A program made the translations under genes and the position numbers. Source: an uncultured archaeon (GTDB taxonomy: Archaea; Iainarchaeota; Iainarchaeia; Iainarchaeales; 1-14-0-10-31-34). From it: DNA of 33,624 nt. Each line of letters opens with the position of its first letter. The stretch's first letter is position 1. The notes under the pieces were generated by a model that saw only the letters and a list, made by a program, of their open reading frames with translations, made no database searches and had not been told where the DNA came from. Positions 26,978-33,624 of this stretch are shown piece after piece. Location of the stretch: positions 1 to 33,624 of the forward strand of contig CAYTYC010000013.1 in NCBI GenBank assembly GCA_964442255.1, read 5' to 3'.

Positions 26978-27706
26978 ATGAAACCGCCCTTTGCAATACT
27001 GTTTGTTTCCGCGCTTTTTCTCCTTGGATGCGCCCAGCCGGAGGAAGCGGCGCCGCAGGAAGAAGAGGAAAACGGCGTCCAGCCCTTTTCGGGCATAAAT
27101 GACGTCATTCCATCCGGCCCGGACATTGGGCTTCTTTTGCTTGAATGCGGAAAAAAGGCGAACATTCAGGCAAAAGACGACTGCATTGAATCCCTTGCCC
27201 TGGAGTTCAGGGAAAAAACATTGTGCGAAAAACTTGAAAACCCCCTTCCCGGGAAAACAGTGCAAGACAAGAGGAATGCGTGCAGGGAAAAAATCAATAA
27301 AGCGGACGCGATTGATTCCCTTGATTCATCCAAATGCTTTTCCCTTGAAAACCATGCGAACAGGGAGGAATGCATTTCCGTGGTTGCCTCCAAAACCCTG
27401 CAGCCGGAATTATGCGGGCAGCTTAAAACCGTGAGCGGAAAAATCTACTGTTACACGGGTGTGGCGCTTGCGGCCGGCGACAGGAAAATATGCGAACAGC
27501 TTTCCGCCCAAACAAACGTTGAAACCTGCATCCAAAAGCTTGCGGTAAAGGCACTTGACCCGGCCGCCTGCAATTACTTTGGGGGTCTCTCCAAAAGAAA
27601 CAACTGCATCCGCGCCGTCGCGATTGAGGCTTCTGCCCCTGAATTATGCGACTTTATTTTGGATGAGTTTGACAAAAAAAGCTGCAGAAACGCTGTGCAG
27701 CAGTAA
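26978..27706 (+). CDS. Cys-repeat lipoprotein
   Basis: Lipobox LLGC; tandem ~25-aa C..VA...D...C repeats. Confidence 0.8.
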   Translation: MKPPFAILFVSALFLLGCAQPEEAAPQEEEENGVQPFSGINDVIPSGPDIGLLLLECGKKANIQAKDDCIESLALEFREKTLCEKLENPLPGKTVQDKRNACREKINKADAIDSLDSSKCFSLENHANREECISVVASKTLQPELCGQLKTVSGKIYCYTGVALAAGDRKICEQLSAQTNVETCIQKLAVKALDPAACNYFGGLSKRNNCIRAVAIEASAPELCDFILDEFDKKSCRNAVQQ

Positions 27707-27747
27707 AAAATGCGGCATTAACCAAAAAAATCTTGGAGGCAAGGAAA

Positions 27748-27840
27748 ATGGCTGAAAGAAAGTCAAGGAAGCTCAGGCAGAAAACCTTTGAAAAGTACGT
27801 CGCAAAAAACGTGAAAAGAACTCTGCGGGAATTCAGGTGA
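27748..27840 (+). CDS. Possible 30-aa basic micro-protein
   Basis: GGAGG upstream; MAERKSRKLRQKTFEKYVAKNVKRTLREFR. Confidence 0.35.
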   Translation: MAERKSRKLRQKTFEKYVAKNVKRTLREFR

Positions 27841-27874
27841 CCCCGCCTTAAGCAAGGGCTTGGTTTTAATTGGC

Positions 27875-28171
27875 TTAAGCAACTATTTTAATCGAGCCTT
27901 TTTCCGGAATCAGCGTAATCTCTTCGTTTTGCTTTAAGCCGTATTTTTTGGCCAGCTCTTTTGGAATGCGCATCGCAAGGCTTTCACCCCATTTGCTGAT
28001 TTTGGCGGTGTATTTTTTCATTTCCCTGTACTGTTGGGCAACTTCGTGCAGCTGTTTCATGTCAAGAATTTCTTCCCCGCATTTTCCGCACCTGCTGTAC
28101 GCGTATTTAACCCCCTCCGGAGTTTTGCCTGTTTCTTGAACCATTTTTTTTCCGCATTTAGGGCAATTCAT
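27875..28171 (-). CDS. Zn-ribbon plus AbrB/MazE-domain antitoxin
   Basis: CPKC..CGKCGEE; ISKWGESLAMRIPKELAKKYGLK. Confidence 0.85.
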   Translation of the reverse strand: MNCPKCGKKMVQETGKTPEGVKYAYSRCGKCGEEILDMKQLHEVAQQYREMKKYTAKISKWGESLAMRIPKELAKKYGLKQNEEITLIPEKGSIKIVA

Positions 28172-28173
28172 TT

Positions 28174-28428
28174 TTATCGCCTCTTTTTCCCGATTGTCAA
28201 AATCTTAATGGTGTTTCCAGCCATTTCGTCAACGCAAATTATGGTGAACTGCCTGAAGCGCTTTTAAAACTTCACCCGGTTTTTGCCGAAAATCTTCATT
28301 TTCCCTGACTGCGGCGTGTCTTCAACCAGATCCGGGTGGATTCTCCTTTGCATCGCCCTTTCAAAGGCGTGCCTTTTAATCACGATTTCATGCCTGCCTT
28401 TTTTCAGGCTGCCTGCCAATAGAAACAA
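28174..28428 (-). pseudogene. RelE-like/DUF4258-type toxin with an in-frame nonsense codon
   Basis: IKRHAFERAMQR...RVKF*KRFRQFTIICVDEMAGNTIKILTIGKKRR*; TAA at 28264-28266; start uncertain. Confidence 0.7.
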
Positions 28429-28581
28429 ATGCGGCAAAAGATATATAAACATATCTTGGGATATCTCAAGCGTGTTTGCTGAGCCAAAAGGGGCCATTTG
28501 CACAAAATCAGGGATTGCGTTTTTTTAAGCCTTGTTCCGTGTCAATTGACTTAACCGCTGGCGAATGAAAAAAAGAAAAAA

Positions 28582-28873
28582 AGCTGAGGGAGGGAGTCGA
28601 ACCCTCTTCTCCCGGTTGCCGCTTGCCGGTTTCGTCCGGCAGTAACGATGTCCTGCCTCCTCCGCTTTGCTTCGGAGGTAGAACTGCTCGCGCTTTCACG
28701 CTCGCACACCGTTTTAAGGCGGGCGCACCGATGTCCTGCCTCCTCCGCTTTGCTTCGGAGGCGGACCTGCTCGCTTTCGCTCGCAGGCAGTGTCCCGCCC
28801 GGAAGCCCCCACTTCCCGTCCGGAAAATAAAGGGCATCTGCAGCCGGGTGCATAGCCGTTCTGCCACCCCAGC
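28582..28873 (-). tRNA. tRNA-Cys(GCA) with a 221-nt intron (exons 28873-28838 and 28616-28582)
   Basis: Acceptor GCTGGGG/CCTCAGC with U discriminator; anticodon stem CCCGG/CCGGG; loop CT-GCA-G^A; T arm GAGGG-TTCGACT-CCCTC; BHB with CUGC/GCGG helix and AGA/CAA bulges; T-tract after the 3' end. Confidence 0.9.
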
Positions 28874-28953
28874 GGCTGTCACGGTCAGCCGGCACCCGTC
28901 TCCTGCCTCCTTCACTTTGTTCCGGAGGCAGTTATTGCTCGCTTGCGCTCGCA
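28646..28953. repeat. Three copies of a ~57-61 bp double-hairpin module
   Basis: Copies at 28646-28706, 28729-28785 and 28897-28953: TCCTGCCTCC...GGAGG..TGCTCGC..GCTCGCA. Confidence 0.85.
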
Positions 28954-29025
28954 ACATTTAACCGGCTGGCATTAGAAATTCACGGAAAAAGGGTTTAAAA
29001 GGGGTTACCTAAATTCAATTTTTTT

Positions 29026-29289
29026 ATGGGATTAAAGGAAAGAAGCCGGCTCCTTGGAAAGCAAAAAAGGGCTGTCAGGATTGGGTTGGAAGGGCTGCGG
29101 AAACCGCTTGGCGAAAGCGAGCCTGTCGAGGATTATAGGAGAAGGCAAGATTTGGAGAATAAGCTGGGGGGAACCATGGGGCTTAGGTATGCGGGCATTA
29201 CAATTCAAAAAGGCGTTGTTGATGCCCTTGGGTTTTCAGTTGCAGCAGGGCATGCAATTAAGAGGGCCGTCAGAAGGGGCAGAAGATGA
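29026..29289 (+). CDS. Small basic hypothetical protein
   Basis: TATA-like TTTAAAA about 26 bp upstream; ATGA overlap with the next gene; ends RRGRR. Confidence 0.6.
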   Translation: MGLKERSRLLGKQKRAVRIGLEGLRKPLGESEPVEDYRRRQDLENKLGGTMGLRYAGITIQKGVVDALGFSVAAGHAIKRAVRRGRR

Positions 29290-30161
29290 CTGAAGTTTTG
29301 CTGCTGAAAAACGCCTCCGAGATTCAATTGAAGACGCATTTCGTGAGAAACTATTTCACTAAAACTTTGGCGAAAAATATCCGCATCGCGCTCAAAGAAA
29401 ACAAGGTTACGGTTGCACAGCTTCAGAGAAAAGGCGGAAAAATGGTTCTCGAAACCCCGGAACCCGTGAAGGCAATCAAGGTATTGCAAAAGGTTTTTGG
29501 ATTGCATTCAGTTTCTTTGGCGGAGCGGAGCGCGGGGAAAACCCTTTCAGGAATCACGCAAACATGTTTGGGTTATGTAGAAGATAAGCTGGTGAAGGGC
29601 GACAGTTTTGCGTTGCGGGTGAAAAGAAACGGAAAACATTCCTTCACCTCAAAGCAAATGGCTGAACAAATTGGAAAGGCAATCCAAAAAAAAATTCCCG
29701 GCCTGACAGTCAACCTTTCCAATCCCGGAAAAGAAGCCTTTATTGAGCTGGACGGGGAAGAATTATTTCTTTACACTGAAACATTTTACGGAACAGGCGG
29801 CCTTCCGCTTGGCGTTGAAGGGCGGGTTGGGGTTCTGATGGAGGGGAAAAAGTTTGACGCGTTGTGCGCGTGGCTGATGATGAAGCGCGGCTGCAACATT
29901 ACGGCAGTCATTCCAAAAAAGAACGCTGCAACTTCAATGCACCTCAATTCCCTGAAAAAATGGAACAATTTCCGTCCCCTGAAAACCTCAAAGGAAATTC
30001 CTTCCGAAGGGAGCCTCGTGCTTTGCCTTAAGGAACTCAATAAAAGAACTATCGGGCAGATTAATTCTTACAGGAAAAAGTTTCCGGAGCTTAGCTTCTT
30101 TTACCCGCTGTTATTGTACCCGGAAAAAGAAGTGAAAAACAAGCTGAAGCTGGTGGGGTAA
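29286..30161 (+). CDS. ThiI-like THUMP-domain protein with a degenerate PP-loop
   Basis: EIQLK, KVFGL, SFALRVKRNGKHSFTS, VNLSNP, GTGGLPLGVEG, WLMMKRG; lacks SGGxDS. Confidence 0.8.
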   Translation: MTEVLLLKNASEIQLKTHFVRNYFTKTLAKNIRIALKENKVTVAQLQRKGGKMVLETPEPVKAIKVLQKVFGLHSVSLAERSAGKTLSGITQTCLGYVEDKLVKGDSFALRVKRNGKHSFTSKQMAEQIGKAIQKKIPGLTVNLSNPGKEAFIELDGEELFLYTETFYGTGGLPLGVEGRVGVLMEGKKFDALCAWLMMKRGCNITAVIPKKNAATSMHLNSLKKWNNFRPLKTSKEIPSEGSLVLCLKELNKRTIGQINSYRKKFPELSFFYPLLLYPEKEVKNKLKLVG

Positions 30162-30481
30162 TGGGAAAAGAAGAGGAAATTAAGGCTAAATTGGGGGGGC
30201 TTGAAAATGAAATAAGTTTAACAATACTTAATATCCGTTATTTTGAAGTGTTTCCTGCAGACTACGAGCTTTTCGGGCATCATACTGACCCAATTACAGG
30301 GAAATATTTTCCAGAGGCTTTTAAAGACATGGCTGAGGTCGCCGCGGAGTTTCCCAAAAAGCTTGCCGCCCAAAAAGCCAGGCTTAAAAAACTCTTCAAA
30401 GAGAGAGAGAGGCTGTGCGCGCAGTTAGCCGCGGTTAGAAGGAAAAAGCGCTTAAGAAAACAGGGGAGACCAGGAAAATGA
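30161..30481 (+). CDS. Small hypothetical protein with coiled-coil and basic tail
   Basis: Translationally coupled to both neighbours. Confidence 0.6.
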   Translation: MGKEEEIKAKLGGLENEISLTILNIRYFEVFPADYELFGHHTDPITGKYFPEAFKDMAEVAAEFPKKLAAQKARLKKLFKERERLCAQLAAVRRKKRLRKQGRPGK

Positions 30482-31776
30482 AAATAGCAATCATGTCCGA
30501 CTTTCACTTAGGCTACGGGAAAAACACGGAGCGGAGCGAAGACGCATTCAAGCAGGCAAAGGAAGCAATGCAGAAAGCTGTCCAGGAACCTGTATCCCTA
30601 ATCCTTGTTTCCGGCGACTTCTTTGACTCCTCCACCCCTTCCACGGAAACACTGTTTGAGGCAATCCAGCTCCTCCTCATCCCGAAAAAAGCCCGGAAGG
30701 CGGACGTAAAAATTTCCAAAGAAGGAAACGAGCTTTCCTTTGAGGGAATCCCCGTGATTGCGATTTCCGGAACGCATGAATTCCGCGGAAAGGACTTCAA
30801 AAACATTTTGTCCGTTCTGCAGGAGGCAAACCTCTTGTTTTACCTGCACGGCTCCAGCCTCCCGGTTTCAGGGGATGAGGAAATTGAGGTTTTCGGGTTA
30901 AGCGGGGTTCCCGAAAAAAAAGCCGTGGATGTGTTCAACGAATGGAAGCCAAAACCAGTTAAGGGAAAGAAAAACTTTCTCCTTTTCCACCAGTCCATAA
31001 AGGAATTCCTTCCAACCGACGACCCAATGAGCGTAACCCTCGGCTTGGAGCACCTGCCTGCCGGATTTGACTTGTACATTGACGGCCACCTGCACTGGAG
31101 CAATGTGACGCAGTTTGAAAAAGGCAAGCTCCTTCTCCCCGGCTCAACGGTTATAACCCAAATGAAAAAACTTGAGGCGGAAAAGCCGAAAGGATTTTAC
31201 GCCATGGAAACACAAACCCTTGTGGAAAAATTTGTCGGACTCGAACACCAGAGAAGGCTTTTTTACCACAAAATTGACGTAAGCAGGGAAACGCTTTCAG
31301 AGCTAAAGGAAAAAATCCGTTCCGAAATCAAAAAAGACCTTTCCCTGAATTCCGCCAAACTTTCCCCGTTAATCCGCCTGAAGCTTGCCGGGGAATTAAT
31401 GCGCGGGCTGAGTGTTTCCGATTTTAATGCGGAAGAAATACTGAAAGAATTTGACGGAAAAGCCATTTTCTCTGTTTCAAAGGACTTTTCCTCCGCTTCA
31501 TTTAAGCAGAGGATAAAGGAATTAAGGGAAATGCAGGAATCAAGGGCATCTGTTTCCTCGCTTGGAATGAAATTGCTGGAAAAAAACCTTTCACAAACAT
31601 CCTTTAACAACGCATTTGACGCCGAACAGGTGTTTGAACTGCTTTCCCAGGGCGAACAGGACAAGGCATTGGGGATAATTTTGTCGGGGAATGCTGAAGG
31701 GAAAAAGGGCCGGCCTTTTCCGGAAAGCCAAAAAAAGGAAAACAATTCCTCCACTGCCTTAAGCGACTTCACTTAA
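30478..31776 (+). CDS. mre11: Mre11/SbcD-family DNA repair nuclease
   Basis: SDFHLG, SGDFFD, GTHE, FHQ, GHLH, PGS motifs. Confidence 0.88.
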   Translation: MKIAIMSDFHLGYGKNTERSEDAFKQAKEAMQKAVQEPVSLILVSGDFFDSSTPSTETLFEAIQLLLIPKKARKADVKISKEGNELSFEGIPVIAISGTHEFRGKDFKNILSVLQEANLLFYLHGSSLPVSGDEEIEVFGLSGVPEKKAVDVFNEWKPKPVKGKKNFLLFHQSIKEFLPTDDPMSVTLGLEHLPAGFDLYIDGHLHWSNVTQFEKGKLLLPGSTVITQMKKLEAEKPKGFYAMETQTLVEKFVGLEHQRRLFYHKIDVSRETLSELKEKIRSEIKKDLSLNSAKLSPLIRLKLAGELMRGLSVSDFNAEEILKEFDGKAIFSVSKDFSSASFKQRIKELREMQESRASVSSLGMKLLEKNLSQTSFNNAFDAEQVFELLSQGEQDKALGIILSGNAEGKKGRPFPESQKKENNSSTALSDFT

Positions 31777-33134
31777 CGGTGGTATTCTGTGAGCGCCCTC
31801 AAAGTTTTTGCGGCATCAAACGGGCTGTTGAATGTGTTTACCCCCGCCTTCTCCAACGCGGTCTTGTGCACCTGGCTGTAGTTTCCGCCGACCGAAACCA
31901 CGAGCATGGGCTTTTTTTTCTGCTCCCTTATCCCTTTCACCACGTCAATTATGTCCGAGTCCAGCGTAGGAATCTGGAACAACAGGATTACAATCAGTGA
32001 ATCAATGTTTTTGTCCTTCATTAATTCCTGCAGGGCGGTTTTATACCTCAGATTGTCCGCGTCCCCTGTCAAATCCAGCGGATTCCTTATTACCGCATAG
32101 CTCGGGCAGGCTTTCTTGATTTTGTTTCTTGTTTCAGGCCCCATTTCCGCTAGCCTCAGCCCTTCATGCATTATGGCGTCGGCAGCCAAAACCCCGTACC
32201 CGCCTCCGTCGGTTATTATTTGCACGCGGTTTCCCTTTGGCTTTGGTTCGCGCTCAAAAACCCTTGCGTAATCAAAAACCTCTTCCATGCTGTTTGCCGT
32301 AATCATTCCGCTTTGCTTTGCCATTGCCCTGTAAACATCCACGCTTCCCGCCAATGAACCCGTATGGCTCTGGGTTGCCTTTGCCCCTGCATCCGTAACC
32401 CCTCCCTTGATGAAAATCACCGGCTTTTTTTTGGAAACCTTTTTCGCGGTTTCATAAAATTTTCTTCCGTGCCGCACCCCCTCCACATAGATTGCGATGA
32501 CCTTTGTTTCCCTGTCTTCACCCAAATACTGCAATAAATCCGCTTCGTCTACGTCATACGCGTTTCCGTATGAGGCAAACTTGCTTATCCCGTATTCCTG
32601 CATTGAAGCCCAGTCAAGGATTGCCGATCCGAGCGCCCCGCTCTGGGAAATGAATGAAACAACCCCTGTTTCAGGCCTTTCCAGCCGGTAGTTTGGGAGA
32701 AAAACGGTGTCAACCCCTTTTTTCATGTTCATTACCCCCAAACAGTTCGGCCCGATTACCCGCATTTTCGGAAACTTTTTCATTGTTTCCCTGAGTTTTT
32801 TGGTGAGCTGCGAATTTCCCACTTCACTGAATCCCGCGCTTATAACCACGACTGCCTTCACCTTCTTTTTCCCGCATTCTTTCAGTACAGCAGGAACAAA
32901 TTTTGCCGGCACGGTCACAACAGCCAAATCAATTTTTCCCGGAATTTTCAGGACAGAACTGAACGCCTTCCGGTTCACTATTTTTCCGCCCTTCGGGTTC
33001 ACGGGAAAAATTTTTCCTTTGAAGCACGGGTTCAGGAAGTTCTGCATCACAACGTGCCCAATCTTTCCCGGATTGTGCGAGGCGCCAATAATTGCGACAG
33101 TTTTCGGGTTAAAAAAGTAATCCAGTCCCTTCAT
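31773..33134 (-). CDS. acdA: Acetate-CoA ligase (ADP-forming) alpha subunit
   Basis: VAIIGAS, ISAGFSE, GPNCLG, SQSGALG, SHTGSLAG, NPLDLTGD. Confidence 0.92.
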   Translation of the reverse strand: MKGLDYFFNPKTVAIIGASHNPGKIGHVVMQNFLNPCFKGKIFPVNPKGGKIVNRKAFSSVLKIPGKIDLAVVTVPAKFVPAVLKECGKKKVKAVVVISAGFSEVGNSQLTKKLRETMKKFPKMRVIGPNCLGVMNMKKGVDTVFLPNYRLERPETGVVSFISQSGALGSAILDWASMQEYGISKFASYGNAYDVDEADLLQYLGEDRETKVIAIYVEGVRHGRKFYETAKKVSKKKPVIFIKGGVTDAGAKATQSHTGSLAGSVDVYRAMAKQSGMITANSMEEVFDYARVFEREPKPKGNRVQIITDGGGYGVLAADAIMHEGLRLAEMGPETRNKIKKACPSYAVIRNPLDLTGDADNLRYKTALQELMKDKNIDSLIVILLFQIPTLDSDIIDVVKGIREQKKKPMLVVSVGGNYSQVHKTALEKAGVNTFNSPFDAAKTLRALTEYHR

Positions 33135-33448
33135 TCTTCCACCTCTCCACTCACCCAATGCAGGTAATCCTTATTTCCCCCGACAATCGGCATAAAGGTA
33201 ATGCATGGAACATCATAAGAATGCATTTTTTTCACTTCCCCGACTATGCGCTCCGCCTTTTTCTTTTCCGTTTTTCCGAAAATCAAAACCTCTTTGTCTT
33301 TCTGAATTTTTCCCTTCCACCAGTAAACCGACTCAATTTCCGGAACAATGTTTGCGCACGCAACCAGCCTTTTTTTCAACAGCATTTGCGCAACTTTTTC
33401 CGCCTCCGCCTTATCCGCGCAGATAACATACATGGTTGCATGCCTCAT
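33131..33448 (-). CDS. cutA: Divalent-cation tolerance protein
   Basis: LVACANI, SVYWWKGKI, HSYDVPCI. Confidence 0.93.
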   Translation of the reverse strand: MRHATMYVICADKAEAEKVAQMLLKKRLVACANIVPEIESVYWWKGKIQKDKEVLIFGKTEKKKAERIVGEVKKMHSYDVPCITFMPIVGGNKDYLHWVSGEVEE

Positions 33449-33476
33449 TTTTTTTTCCTTCCCATTTTACCCGATT

Positions 33477-33624
33477 TTTTTTTCTTCCTTTTAATATTCA
33501 TTAACTGTCCAGAATTCCCCTGTCAAGTATTTTTTCCATTCCTCGTTAACCTGTTTCTGTATTTCCGCGTTTTTTTCTTCCTTTTAATATTCATTAACTG
33601 TCCAGAATTCCCCTGTCAAGTATT
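33477..33624. repeat. 93-bp-period tandem duplication of a minus-strand gene's 3' end (truncated by window end)
   Basis: TTCTTCCTTTTAATATTCATTAACTGTCCAGAATTCCCCTGTCAAGTATT occurs twice, 93 bp apart; the unit encodes NAEIQKQVNEEWKKYLTGEFWTVNEY*. Confidence 0.8.

Noticed and set aside
28646..28761. 33-bp direct repeat as a fifth duplication+insert unit
   Set aside because: The period is 83 bp and similarity continues beyond the exact match; it belongs to the hairpin module family
28617..28837. Group I intron or box C/D guide in the tRNA intron
   Set aside because: No U/G splice boundaries that restore a 7-nt anticodon loop and no box C; BHB geometry fits better
28508..28961. ORFs on both strands over the tRNA-Cys locus
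   Set aside because: GC-rich structured RNA produces spurious open frames

Overview
Archaeal housekeeping region, most likely from a DPANN cluster-1 lineage such as Diapherotrites/Iainarchaeota (inferred from separate priS and priL, a DPANN-style S-layer gene, a Cys-repeat lipoprotein and short basic ORFans). It is a scaffold with two 100-N gaps. Genes: priL, priS-gins15-rps27e-aIF2alpha-PAC2, a PHP/Zn-ribbon phosphoesterase, an AmmeMemoRadiSam radical SAM enzyme with a LAGLIDADG intein inside its CxxxCxxC motif, an S-layer protein with nearby glycosylation genes, truD, aRF1, pyrH, dph2, ppsA, a THUMP-type methyltransferase, rpl10e, a tRNA-Cys with a 221-nt repeat-filled intron, a degenerate ThiI, mre11, acdA and cutA. 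There are also two paralogous RelE-like/Zn-ribbon-AbrB toxin-antitoxin pairs, each broken in one partner. The most unusual signal is four separate loci (about 2189, 2286, 10684 and 15213) where an ordinary 36-38 bp genomic site is perfectly duplicated around a unique 35-37 bp insert (period 73-74 bp). This is the geometry of CRISPR spacer integration, but at unrelated non-CRISPR sites, and no cas gene lies in the window. It needs read-level validation.
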